From an uncultured Oscillibacter sp. (lineage in GTDB: Bacteria; Bacillota; Clostridia; Oscillospirales; Oscillospiraceae), in assembly GCA_910576865.1 (NCBI GenBank), contig CAJTKE010000007.1:73306-97305 (forward strand): DNA of 24,000 nt. The letters run 5' to 3'. Below, piece after piece: positions 7,136-14,878 of this stretch. Position numbers and translations under genes: made by a program. The notes beneath the pieces were generated by a model, which was not told the DNA's origin, did no database searches, and saw nothing but the letters and a program-made list of their open reading frames with translations. The stretch's first letter is position 1. Each line of letters starts with the position of its first letter.

Positions 7136-7338
7136 GTCGTCGGAAGAAACTCCGCCCGCTCCGCCCCCGCCTGACGGCGAGGTCTCCGCTCTGCTCCGTT
7201 CCTTCCTCCTCTCCCCACCGCGCGGGGCGCGGCGGGGGCCCCTCTTTTGCGAAAAGAGACTGCGTCCGCAGACGCGTGTCGGAGGCCAACCGCCGCAAAG
7301 CGGCGGCTCTTAGGCCGGAGACGAATGCGCCGTGCATG

Positions 7339-7372
7339 GTGGAAGAGAGAAAACGGGGGCGTAGCACGGCGC
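7339..7372 (-). repeat. distal module of repeat copy A, terminator-like on the minus strand downstream of the XRE gene
   Basis: GGAAGAGAGAAAACGGGGGCGTAGCACGGCGCC aligns with the reverse complement of 8073-8108. On the minus strand a short GC hairpin is followed by CCGTTTTCTCTCTTCC. Confidence 0.5.
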
Positions 7373-7465
7373 CGACTGTTTGACACGAATGTCTCCAGTC
7401 CGCGGCGTGGTGCAAGCGGGGGTTTGGTGGTCGTCGAATGGTCTGACCTCCTCTTTCCGCTGCCG

Positions 7466-7687
7466 CTAGTCTTCCCCAAACGGAAGCGGCTCCCGGCCCG
7501 CAAGCTGGTCCAGGGTTACGCCGAAATAGTCGGCAAACACGCAGAACATGGAGAGGCTCGGCTCCCGTTCCCCGGACTCATAGCGGCGGTAAGTGCCGCC
7601 CGCAATGCCGCAGTGCACGGCGACAACCTCCTGGCTTTCACGGCGGCGCTTTCTGCATATCTTTAAATTCTCAGAAAAACTGCTCAT
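7466..7687 (-). CDS. XRE-family helix-turn-helix transcriptional regulator (73 aa)
   Basis: LKICRKRRRESQEVVAVHCGIAGGTYRRYESGEREPSLSMFCVFADYFGVTLDQLAGR matches the Cro/C1 HTH_3 pattern. AGGAG SD 5 nt upstream. Confidence 0.85.
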   Translation of the reverse strand: MSSFSENLKICRKRRRESQEVVAVHCGIAGGTYRRYESGEREPSLSMFCVFADYFGVTLDQLAGREPLPFGED

Positions 7688-7705
7688 ACTTTCTCCTGAT
7701 ATCTC

Positions 7706-7734
7706 TTGACAATTCGTCCTGGTATGAGTATACT
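7706..7734 (+). promoter_or_regulatory. near-consensus sigma-A promoter for the 7774 gene, in the divergent region shared with the XRE gene
   Basis: TTGACA at 7706-7711, a 17 nt spacer, TATACT at 7729-7734. The -10 sits in a GTATAC palindrome, so TATACT also reads on the minus strand (7727-7732). Confidence 0.7.
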
Positions 7735-7773
7735 AAAATATATCCAAACGATGCGCACCAAAGGGGTGATTTT

Positions 7774-8271
7774 ATGCAGAACTTTCTTGCTGAGCTTTAC
7801 CACCATGCACAAGAAAGTCTTGTTTCCCAGTATCTCCAGACGGCGGAGTACCGGCAGGCGGTCTCTCATATTGAAGAAGACTGGGAGGCGTTCCGGTCGA
7901 CGCTGACAGCGGAGCAGGGGAAACGTCTGGACGCATTGCTGACGCATAAGCTGGAGGCCGCACGTTTAGAAGATGAAGCGTCCTTCTGCAGCGCCCTGTC
8001 CATGGGCATCACCCTGGGCCGCCTGTATGGGAAGGGTCCTGAAAAACCCCGTATACTTCTTTTCCTCTTTTGGACCGTGCACGGCCCGTTTTCTCGTTTT
8101 CTTCTGGAAGAAAAAGAGAAAATGGGGGGTGCATTGGACCAGCCATCGCTGGCCTCCAATCCTCCCCGCCCGAAGGGCCGGAAAAATCCCCCGCCCCCTG
8201 GGAAGGGGAAAGAGAGAAAAAGGACCCGGACGGGAAGTCCAGGCCCTTTTAACGCTCACTCAGCCTCGTAG
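7774..8271 (+). CDS. small helical protein (first ~85 aa plausible) with a read-through tail into repeat copy B and the antisense 3' end of rpmA
   Basis: AAAGGGGTGA SD. The N-terminal part [30 protein letters not shown]...[15 protein letters not shown] has normal composition. From memory it resembles small DUF6809-like proteins paired with XRE regulators in Clostridia. The remaining ~80 codons are Pro/Lys/Gly-rich repeat-derived sequence, and a terminator-like hairpin precedes the stop. Confidence 0.55.
   Translation: MQNFLAELYHHAQESLVSQYLQTAEYRQAVSHIEEDWEAFRSTLTAEQGKRLDALLTHKLEAARLEDEASFCSALSMGITLGRLYGKGPEKPRILLFLFWTVHGPFSRFLLEEKEKMGGALDQPSLASNPPRPKGRKNPPPPGKGKERKRTRTGSPGPFNAHSAS
8073..8219 (+). 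repeat. multi-hairpin repeat element, copy B (both modules contiguous)
   Basis: Contains the GGACCGTGCACGGCCC hairpin plus a T-rich tract (8073-8108). A 15 bp A/T hairpin TTTTCTCGTTTTCTT/AAGAAAAAGAGAAAA follows. Then come the cores matching copy A (8123-8144, 8165-8184) and a terminal AAAAAGGA SD-like tail. Confidence 0.8.
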
Positions 8272-8537
8272 ACAGAGACCTGCTTGCGATCCTTGCCCAG
8301 CCGCTCGAAGCGGACCGTGCCGCTGGCGGTGGCGAACAGGGTGTCGTCGCTGCCGCGGCCCACGTTCACGCCGGGGTGAATGTGGGTCCCGCGCTGGCGG
8401 ACCAGGATGTTGCCGGCCAGGACGAACTGCCCGTCAGCCCGCTTGGGGCCCAGGCGCTTGGCCTTGGAATCGCGGCCGTTCTTGGTGGAGCCGCCGCCCT
8501 TCTTGTGGGCGAAGAACTGTAAACCAATGCGAATCAT
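8256..8537 (-). CDS. rpmA: 50S ribosomal protein L27 (with Prp-cleaved N-terminal extension)
   Basis: [30 protein letters not shown]..., a canonical Firmicute L27 with the FF/A cleavage motif. The SD fits the ATG at 8537 rather than the track start at 8549. Confidence 0.97.
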   Translation of the reverse strand: MIRIGLQFFAHKKGGGSTKNGRDSKAKRLGPKRADGQFVLAGNILVRQRGTHIHPGVNVGRGSDDTLFATASGTVRFERLGKDRKQVSVYEAE

Positions 8538-8585
8538 GTCGGGGACCATCCTTTCTGTAGAGATTTTCAGATGGGGAAGCGGCGC

Positions 8586-8918
8586 TCAGTCCGCCTCCAG
8601 AACTTCGATGTTTTCCGGGTACTCGTCGTGGAGCATGGTGAAGTAGAGCATCAGCCCCGTCAGAAGGGACTGACAGGTGCTCTCCGCTGTGGGAGCCAGC
8701 CCGCCGGGCAGGCGCAGGGAAACCAGCGCCTCCCTCTCGTCCAGGCGCACCGCGGCGGCGAGGCCCAAAACGTCGTTGACGGTGGCCTCCACCAAGGTGA
8801 CGGCGGCGGTGACGGAAGCGCAGAGGAGGTCCTCCCCCGCCGGGGCGTACCCGCTGTGCCCCCTGGCGTCAAAGCCGGTGATCCGGCCCTGTTCCGTGTA
8901 GAACGTGACGCTGGTCAT
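8586..8918 (-). CDS. prp: ribosomal-processing cysteine protease Prp (YsxB family)
   Basis: A 110 aa protein between rplU and rpmA. His-Cys dyad context GHSGYA...DLLCASVTA. Confidence 0.9.
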   Translation of the reverse strand: MTSVTFYTEQGRITGFDARGHSGYAPAGEDLLCASVTAAVTLVEATVNDVLGLAAAVRLDEREALVSLRLPGGLAPTAESTCQSLLTGLMLYFTMLHDEYPENIEVLEAD

Positions 8919-8920
8919 GC

Positions 8921-9232
8921 TCAGACGGAGATCTTGCCGATCTCGACCTTGGTATAGGGCTGGCGATGGCCCTGGCGCTTGCGGTAGCCCTTCTTGGGAT
9001 TGTACTTGAAGATCCGGATTTTCTTGCCCTTGCCGTTTTTGACGACGGTGGCCTCCACGGAGGCACCGGCCACGGTGGGGGCGCCGAAGGTGGCCTTGTC
9101 CCCGTCCAGAACGGCCAGAACCTGGTCGAACTTCACGGTGTCGCCGGCCTCCTGGGGCAGCTTCTCGATGTAGACCACGTCTCCCTCGGCCACCTTGTAC
9201 TGTTTGCCGCCGGTCACGATGATCGCGTTCAT
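8921..9232 (-). CDS. rplU: 50S ribosomal protein L21
   Basis: [25 protein letters not shown]...[26 protein letters not shown]. The true start is M26 of track ORF 8921..9307. GAAGGAG SD. Confidence 0.97.
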   Translation of the reverse strand: MNAIIVTGGKQYKVAEGDVVYIEKLPQEAGDTVKFDQVLAVLDGDKATFGAPTVAGASVEATVVKNGKGKKIRIFKYNPKKGYRKRQGHRQPYTKVEIGKISV

Positions 9233-9324
9233 GCTTGTTTCAACTCCTTCATTACGGGCTCGCTGTCGGGGGCGGCGCGGGAGGCGAACTCCGGGCGCAC
9301 TTTTCAAGGCCCATTCAAAGCGGC
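9233..9324 (-). ncRNA. candidate ribosomal-protein (L21-type) 5' leader
   Basis: About 90 nt lie between the predicted TSS and the rplU ATG. Hairpins include AGGCC-N10-GGCCT and GCG..GGAG-TTCGC-CTCC-CGC. The position is equivalent to the Firmicute L21 leader, but no covariance model was run. Confidence 0.35.
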
Positions 9325-9330
9325 CTCTCT

Positions 9331-9359
9331 AGTATATCAGCAGATTCCGGGCTTGTCAA
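9331..9359 (-). promoter_or_regulatory. near-consensus sigma-A promoter of the rplU-prp-rpmA operon
   Basis: The minus strand reads TTGACA (9354-9359), a 17 nt spacer, then TATACT (9331-9336). Confidence 0.75.
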
Positions 9360-9390
9360 TGGGGTTTTTCCAAAATCCAGGGTTTTTCCC

Positions 9391-10269
9391 TCAGCAGGAG
9401 GCCAGCAGCCCCTCCAGCTCCTCTTTGGAGAACTTCTCCACCCGGTCGCAGAAGCGGCAGGTCAGCTCCGCGCCTCCCTGCTCCTCGATCATGTCCCGCA
9501 GCTCCTCCCGGCCCAGGCTGATGAGGGCCCGCTCCATCCGCTCCCGGCTGCAGTCGCAGCGGTAGGAGATGGGGCACTTCTCCAGCACGTCCAGCTCCAG
9601 GCCCGGCAGGGCGGTCCGCAGCAGGGCCTCCGGGTCCGGGTCGGCCTTCAGGAGCTCCGTCACCGGCCCCGCCGCCCGGAGGGAGGCCTCCAGGCGCTCC
9701 GACACCTCGTCCCCCGCGCCGGGGAGCAGCTGGACAAGATAGCCCCCCGCCGCCAGGACGCTCTGGTCCCGGTCCACCAGCACCCCCAGGCCGCAGGCCG
9801 TGGGAATCTGCTCGGACTCCACGAAGTACAGGGCGATGTCCTCGGCGATCTCCCCCCAGAGAAGGCCCACGCTGCCAACATAGGGCTCCTTCATCCTGAG
9901 GTCCCGGATCACCGTCAGGGTGCCCCGGTTTCCCACGGCGGCGCCCACGTCCAGCTTCCCGTCCTCCCGGAGGGGGAGGTCCACGGCGGGGTTGTCCACC
10001 GTGCCCCGGACGCAGCCCTCGTGGTCCGAGACCGCCAGCAGCGTCCCCAGGGGGCCGCCGCCCTTGATTTGGAGGGTGAGGCTGGCGGCTTCCTCCTTCA
10101 GGGCGTTGCCCATCATGGACGCCGCCGCCAGCAGGCGGCCCAGAGCCGCCGTGGCCACCGGCAGGGTCCTGTGGATCTGCCGGGCCCGCTCCGTCAGGTC
10201 CCGGGTGGACACGGCGGAGACTTTTATCAGGCCGTCTCTGGAGATGGCCCGGATCAACTGGTCGCTCAT
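9391..10269 (-). CDS. hslO: Hsp33-family redox-regulated chaperone
   Basis: MSDQLIRAISRDGLIKVSAVSTRDLTERARQIH... with the C-terminal zinc centre CDCSRE...CRFCD. GAGGAG SD 7 nt upstream of the ATG at 10269; the track start at 10299 is an extension. Confidence 0.95.
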   Translation of the reverse strand: MSDQLIRAISRDGLIKVSAVSTRDLTERARQIHRTLPVATAALGRLLAAASMMGNALKEEAASLTLQIKGGGPLGTLLAVSDHEGCVRGTVDNPAVDLPLREDGKLDVGAAVGNRGTLTVIRDLRMKEPYVGSVGLLWGEIAEDIALYFVESEQIPTACGLGVLVDRDQSVLAAGGYLVQLLPGAGDEVSERLEASLRAAGPVTELLKADPDPEALLRTALPGLELDVLEKCPISYRCDCSRERMERALISLGREELRDMIEEQGGAELTCRFCDRVEKFSKEELEGLLASC

Positions 10270-10285
10270 TGAAAAACTCCTCGCT

Positions 10286-11023
10286 TCAACCACACTCAAA
10301 TTGCCAGCGGTCCTCGTCCGGCCTCGGAGGCCTGTCCGTCAGGTCCCCCGTCAGCCGGACGGAGGCGAAGCCCGCCTCGGCCAGATGGGTCCGCAATTGC
10401 TCTTCGCTCCAGGCCCGCTCCCGGTGCTCCTCGAAGGAGCGGTCCCAGGCCCCGTCGGGCCGGAGGCGGAACAGGTCCACCTGATAGGTGCAGACCTGCC
10501 TCTTCTCCGAGAAGAAGGTCCGCCAGACACAGACGGACTCCTCCGTCTCGTCCATGTAGAGCTGCCCGTCCATCCGCCGGAGCTTGCAGGGCGTGTTCAC
10601 GTCGAACAGAAACAGTCCCCCCGGCTTCAGGGCGCGGCGGACACGGCGGAAGGCCTCCCGCAGATCCCGCTCCGCCGTCAGATAGTTCAGGGAGTCCAGG
10701 GTGGAGACCACCGCGTCCACCGGCCGGAGCAGGCGGAGGCCCGGCATGGTCTGATGGAGGAGCAGGGGCGGGCGCTCCAGGCCCTCCGCCTTCGCCGCCG
10801 CCTGGGACAGCATCTCCTCGGACCCGTCCGTGGCGATGACCTCATAGCCCCGTTTCGCCAGGAGACAGGCCACGGTCCCCGTGCCGCAGCCCAGGTCCAG
10901 CACCGTCTCCACGGGGATGGGGCTTTTTTTCAGCCGCCGGACGAGAAACGCCGCCCGGCGGCGGTAGGCCCCGTCGGCCATCAGGCCGTCATAGCTGGCG
11001 GCCAGGGCGCCGTAGGCGCTCAT
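10286..11023 (-). CDS. class I SAM-dependent methyltransferase
   Basis: Motif I VLDLGCGTGTVACLLAKRGYEVIATDGSEEML, and post-I/II regions (LKPGGLFLFD). Confidence 0.85.
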   Translation of the reverse strand: MSAYGALAASYDGLMADGAYRRRAAFLVRRLKKSPIPVETVLDLGCGTGTVACLLAKRGYEVIATDGSEEMLSQAAAKAEGLERPPLLLHQTMPGLRLLRPVDAVVSTLDSLNYLTAERDLREAFRRVRRALKPGGLFLFDVNTPCKLRRMDGQLYMDETEESVCVWRTFFSEKRQVCTYQVDLFRLRPDGAWDRSFEEHRERAWSEEQLRTHLAEAGFASVRLTGDLTDRPPRPDEDRWQFECG

Positions 11024-11313
11024 GAGGGCTTGTCCTTCATCCGGGCGAAGAGCTGGGCATAGGCCCCGGTGCCGTAGTTCAAGGAGCGGTTCACCCGGCT
11101 GATGGTGGCGCTGGAGGCGCCGGTGCGCTCCAGGATGTCGTTGTAGATCATGCCGTCATCCAGCAGGGAGGCCACCTCAAAACGCTGCTCCATGCTCCTC
11201 AGCTCCGCAACGGTGCAAAGGTCCTGGAAAAACTGATAGCACTCCTCCTCGTCCCGGAGCTGCAGTATGGCCTTGTAGAGCTGGCCGCTCTTTTCCTTCT
11301 TGCCGATCTTCAC
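11020..11313 (-). CDS. yerC: YerC/YecD-family TrpR-like DNA-binding protein
   Basis: LYKAILQLRDEEECYQFFQDLCTVAELRSMEQRFEVASLL..ILERTGASSATISRVNRSLNYG matches the YerC/YecD pattern. GTG start with AGGAGG SD. A 4 nt overlap (11020-11023) joins it to the methyltransferase. Confidence 0.8.
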   Translation of the reverse strand: MKIGKKEKSGQLYKAILQLRDEEECYQFFQDLCTVAELRSMEQRFEVASLLDDGMIYNDILERTGASSATISRVNRSLNYGTGAYAQLFARMKDKPS

Positions 11314-11473
11314 GGTGAGACCTCCTGTCGTTGTTCTGAACAGTCCTATTTTAACCTTTCAGAGTGCGAAAGTAAAGGGGGGCGGAGAGGAAAAATTCAG
11401 AAAAATCGTCCGCTGTCACCGCCGCCCCCTCCGGCGCATAGGCTGGAGAAATACGGGGAAAGGAGCGGTGGCT

Positions 11474-12169
11474 GTGGGAGAGCGTCTGGAGGCCCTGGAA
11501 ACGGTGCCCTTCGCGGCGGAGCGGGAGTGGGAGGTGGAGGGCGTGCCGGTGCTGTCGGCGTCGGCCCAGGTGCCGGAGCCGGTGGACACGGGACGGACCG
11601 CCCGGAGGATCAAGCGTTTTTACCGGCTGCAGTGCCGTTCCTTCCTCCGCTACTGCGAGAAGTGCCTGCTGCCCCAGGCGGCGGCGGAGTACCGCGCCGC
11701 CCTGGAGGCCAGCCGCCCCCTGCCCTCCTTCCAGGCGGAGCTCACGTATCAGGTCACCTGGAACCAGGGCGGGCTCTGGAGCCTGTACACCCAGGTTCGG
11801 GAGGCCCCGGGCCCCGGGCCGGCGCTGCTGACCCGGAGGGGGGACACCTGGGATCTGGCGGCGGGCTATCCCGTGCCGCTGAAGGACTTCTTCCCCGCCG
11901 GAACGGCCTGGAAAAAGCGCCTCCTGGCCCAGGCGGCGGCGGAGGCGGAGCGCCGGGAGCGGGCCGGGGCGGGCCGCTGGCGGGAGGACTGGCGGCGCCA
12001 GCTCCGGCGGCGGTTCAACCCCCAGAGCTTTTATCTGACGGAGGAGGGCCTGGCCTGCTTCTGGCCCATGTACGCCATCGCCCCGGCGTCGGAGGGGGTG
12101 CCGGTGTTCGTGCTGCCCTATGGCCCGGAGGGCCCGCCGGAGCGGGGCGCCGCCCCGGCGGCGGAGTAG
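11474..12169 (+). CDS. DUF3298/DUF4163-like (PdaC/RsiV-type fold) protein
   Basis: The C-terminal FYLTEEGLACFWPMYAIAPASEGVPVFVLPY is typical of DUF3298. Start chosen is the GTG at 11474, 8 nt after AGGAG. Track ORF 11300..12169 overlaps yerC. Confidence 0.5.
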   Translation: MGERLEALETVPFAAEREWEVEGVPVLSASAQVPEPVDTGRTARRIKRFYRLQCRSFLRYCEKCLLPQAAAEYRAALEASRPLPSFQAELTYQVTWNQGGLWSLYTQVREAPGPGPALLTRRGDTWDLAAGYPVPLKDFFPAGTAWKKRLLAQAAAEAERRERAGAGRWREDWRRQLRRRFNPQSFYLTEEGLACFWPMYAIAPASEGVPVFVLPYGPEGPPERGAAPAAE

Positions 12170-12170
12170 A

Positions 12171-12205
12171 AAAACAGGCCCCCGCCGTGGAGGGGGGCCT
12201 GTTTT
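12171..12205. terminator. bidirectional intrinsic terminator (convergent DUF3298 gene and proC)
   Basis: Perfect 13 bp stem AAAACAGGCCCCC/GGGGGCCTGTTTT with a 9 nt loop. The A/T runs supply a U-tract on both strands. Confidence 0.85.
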
Positions 12206-12211
12206 CGCGCC

Positions 12212-13018
12212 TTATCTCAGCTTCCCGTTGGCCTCCCAGGCGGCGATGACCGCGTCCATCACCGCCCCCCGGAAGCCCGCCTGCTCCAGGGCCCGCACGC
12301 CCTGGATGGTGGTGCCGCCGGGGGAGCAGACCGCGTCCTTCAGCTCCCCGGGGTGCCTCCCGCTCTCCAGCAGCAGCCGGGCGGAGCCCAGGACCATCTG
12401 GGCGGCGAACTCCAGCGCCTGCCCCCGGGGCAGGCCGCAGGCCACGCCGCCGTCCGCCAGGGCCTCCAGGAAGAGGTCCGCGAAGGCCGGGCCGCAGCCC
12501 GCCACGGCGCTGCCCGCGTCCATCAGCCTCTCCGGGAGGGGGGAGAAGCGCCCCGCCCCGGCCATGGCCTCCAGGAAGACCTGGACCTCCCCCTCCGTCA
12601 CCCCGGGGCCGGGGGCGTAGAGGACCATCCCCTCCCCGATGGAGCAGGGGGTGTTGGGCATGATCCGCAGGACGGGAACCTCCCCCCCCGCCATGCGCCG
12701 GATGTCCGCGATGGTCAGCCCCGCCGCCATGGTGACCAGGACGAAGCGGCCCTTCCGGGCCGGCAGCTCCGGGCCGATCTCCGCCAGCAGCTCCCCCATC
12801 ATCTGGGGCTTGACCCCCAGGAAGATGTAGTCCGCGCTGCCGGCGATGGTCCGATTGTTGGACAAGGAAGCCCCCAGCTCCTTGGCCAAAGCCTTCGCCT
12901 TGGCCTCCGTCCGGTTGGCCAGGAGGAGCTGCCCGCCCTCCAGCCGCCGCCGGGCCGCCCGGGCCAGGGCCCCGCCCATGTTCCCGGTGCCGATGAATCC
13001 AAATACCGGCCGTTCCAT
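12212..13018 (-). CDS. proC: pyrroline-5-carboxylate reductase
   Basis: FGFIGTGNMGGALA Rossmann motif and a C-terminal SPGGTT-type motif (VCSPGGTTIQGV). Confidence 0.93.
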   Translation of the reverse strand: MERPVFGFIGTGNMGGALARAARRRLEGGQLLLANRTEAKAKALAKELGASLSNNRTIAGSADYIFLGVKPQMMGELLAEIGPELPARKGRFVLVTMAAGLTIADIRRMAGGEVPVLRIMPNTPCSIGEGMVLYAPGPGVTEGEVQVFLEAMAGAGRFSPLPERLMDAGSAVAGCGPAFADLFLEALADGGVACGLPRGQALEFAAQMVLGSARLLLESGRHPGELKDAVCSPGGTTIQGVRALEQAGFRGAVMDAVIAAWEANGKLR

Positions 13019-13019
13019 G

Positions 13020-14267
13020 TTACCGCACCTGCCCCTCTCCGTAAATCACGTACTTGCAGCTGGTCAGCTCCTCCAGGCCCATGGGACCCCGGGCGTGCAT
13101 CTTCTGGGTGGAGATGCCGATCTCCGCCCCCAGGCCGAACTCCCCGCCGTCGGTGAACCGGGTGGAGGCGTTGACATACACCGCCGCCGCGTCCACCGCG
13201 TCCAGAAAGCGCTGGGCCTTGAAGTAGTTTTTGGTGATGATGGCCTCCGAGTGTCCGGTGCCATGCCGGTTGATGAAGTCCACGGCCTCCTCCATGTCCC
13301 TCACCGTCCGGACGGCCAGGATGTAGTCGTCATACTCCGCGTCCCAGTCGCTCTCCTGGGCGGGGACGGCCCGGTCCCCCAGGATGGCCAGGGCGGTTTC
13401 GTCACAGCGGAGCTCCACCTTGTGTTTGTCCAGCAGAGGCACGGCCTTGTTCAAAAACGCCTCCGCCACGTCCCTCTGGACCAGCAGGCACTCCGCCGCG
13501 TTGCACACGGAGGGCCGGGAGCACTTGGCGTTGTAGAGAATGTTCGCGGCCATGTCCAGGTTCGCCTCATCGTCCACGTAGACGTGGCAGACCCCCTCTC
13601 CCGTCCGGATGACGGGGACGCTGGCCTCCTTCGCCACGGCCCGGATGAGCCCCGCGCCGCCCCGGGGGATCAGCACGTCCACGTATCCGTCCAGGTGCAT
13701 CAGCTCGTTCGCCGTCTCGTGGCTGGTGTCCTGGACCAGGGAGACGCAGTCCTCCGGCAGTCCGGCGCTTTTCAAAGCCTCCCGCATCAGCTCCGCCGCC
13801 TTCCGGTTGGAGCGGATGGCCTCCTTCCCGCCCCGGAGGATGCAGACATTGCCGGACTTCAGGCACAGCGCCGCCGCGTCCACGGTGACGTTGGGCCGGG
13901 CCTCGAAGATGATGGCCACCACCCCCAGGGGCACCCGCCGCCGCCCGATGATGAGCCCGTTGGGCCGGGTCTCCATTTTATCGACTTTTCCGATGGGGTC
14001 CGGCAGGGCCACGACCTGCCGCACGGCCTCCACGATGCCGTCGATGCGCTCCTCCGTCAGGGTCAGCCGGTCCAGCATGGCGGGGCGCATGCCCGCCTCC
14101 CTGGCCGCCGCCGCGTCTTCGGCGTTGGCCTCCAGCCACTCGCCCTTCCGCTCCGTCAAAACCTTTGCGATGGCCTCCAGGGCGGCGTTCTTTTTCGCCG
14201 TCCCGGCAGTGGCCAGGGTGTAGGACGCGGCCTTGGCCAGCCGTCCCTGTTCCTGCAATGCCGTCAT
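13020..14267 (-). CDS. proA: glutamate-5-semialdehyde dehydrogenase (gamma-glutamyl phosphate reductase)
   Basis: A 415 aa ALDH-fold protein containing NASTRFTDGGEFGLGAEIGISTQKMHARGPMGLEELT, a diagnostic ProA C-terminal block. Confidence 0.95.
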   Translation of the reverse strand: MTALQEQGRLAKAASYTLATAGTAKKNAALEAIAKVLTERKGEWLEANAEDAAAAREAGMRPAMLDRLTLTEERIDGIVEAVRQVVALPDPIGKVDKMETRPNGLIIGRRRVPLGVVAIIFEARPNVTVDAAALCLKSGNVCILRGGKEAIRSNRKAAELMREALKSAGLPEDCVSLVQDTSHETANELMHLDGYVDVLIPRGGAGLIRAVAKEASVPVIRTGEGVCHVYVDDEANLDMAANILYNAKCSRPSVCNAAECLLVQRDVAEAFLNKAVPLLDKHKVELRCDETALAILGDRAVPAQESDWDAEYDDYILAVRTVRDMEEAVDFINRHGTGHSEAIITKNYFKAQRFLDAVDAAAVYVNASTRFTDGGEFGLGAEIGISTQKMHARGPMGLEELTSCKYVIYGEGQVR

Positions 14268-14878
14268 GGCAGTTCCTCCTTATCCGCTTCCCCCGGCCGG
14301 TTCTCCCGGACCACCCGGCAGGGGTTTCCGCAGGCGATGGTATCGCTGGGAATGTCCTTCGTCACCACGCTCCCCGCCCCGATGACCACGTTGTCCCCGA
14401 TGCTTACCCCGGGCAGGATCACCGCGCCTCCCCCGATCCACACGTTGTCCCCGATGGTCACCGGGGCCGTCAGCGTCTTGCAGAAGCTGAAGGAGCCGTC
14501 CTCCCTCGGCGGGCCGAAGCGGTCCCGGGGATGGGCGGGGTGAAAGGCGGTGTAGATCTGCACCCCGGGGGCGATGAGGGCGTTGTCCCCCACGGTGATC
14601 CGGTTGTCGTCCAGGAAGACGCAGTTCAGGTTCACCTCGCAGTTGTCCCCGAAGAAGATGTTGCAGCCGTAGTCCACATAAAAGGGCGGCGTGATCCACA
14701 GGTTCCTCCCCCGGCCCCCCAGGAGCCGGGAGAGAATCCGGTCCTTTTCCGCCAGGTCCCGGGAGTCCAGCCGGTTGTAGTCCCGGACCAGGTCCTTGGC
14801 CCTGTGCCACTGGTCCAGCAGCTCCGGCTCCCCGCGGTCATAGAGGAGGCCCGCCAGCATCTTTTCCCGCTCGGTCAT
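14264..14878 (-). CDS. maa: maltose/galactoside O-acetyltransferase-family hexapeptide-repeat transferase
   Basis: Collinear with E. coli Maa (from memory): EKMLAG.LY, YGCNIFFGDN, APGVQIYTA.HP, VTIGDNVWIGGGAVILPGVSIGDNVVIGAGSVVTKDIP. It has 4 nt overlaps with proB (14875-14878) and proA (14264-14267). Confidence 0.85.
   Translation of the reverse strand: MTEREKMLAGLLYDRGEPELLDQWHRAKDLVRDYNRLDSRDLAEKDRILSRLLGGRGRNLWITPPFYVDYGCNIFFGDNCEVNLNCVFLDDNRITVGDNALIAPGVQIYTAFHPAHPRDRFGPPREDGSFSFCKTLTAPVTIGDNVWIGGGAVILPGVSIGDNVVIGAGSVVTKDIPSDTIACGNPCRVVRENRPGEADKEELP

Noticed and set aside
8225-8245. GGGAAGTCCAGGCCC, checked as the RNase P RNA P4 motif (GGAAAGUCCGGGC).
   Set aside because: This is an isolated partial match inside the repeat and rpmA 3' region, with none of the other conserved RNase P regions nearby.
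9362-9390. A direct duplication of GGGTTTTTCC (two copies) just downstream of hslO, checked as a possible mini-array or terminator.
   Set aside because: There are only two 10 nt copies with a 9 nt gap and no CRISPR-like periodicity. On the minus strand it gives at best a 4 bp AGGG/CCCT stem, too weak to call.
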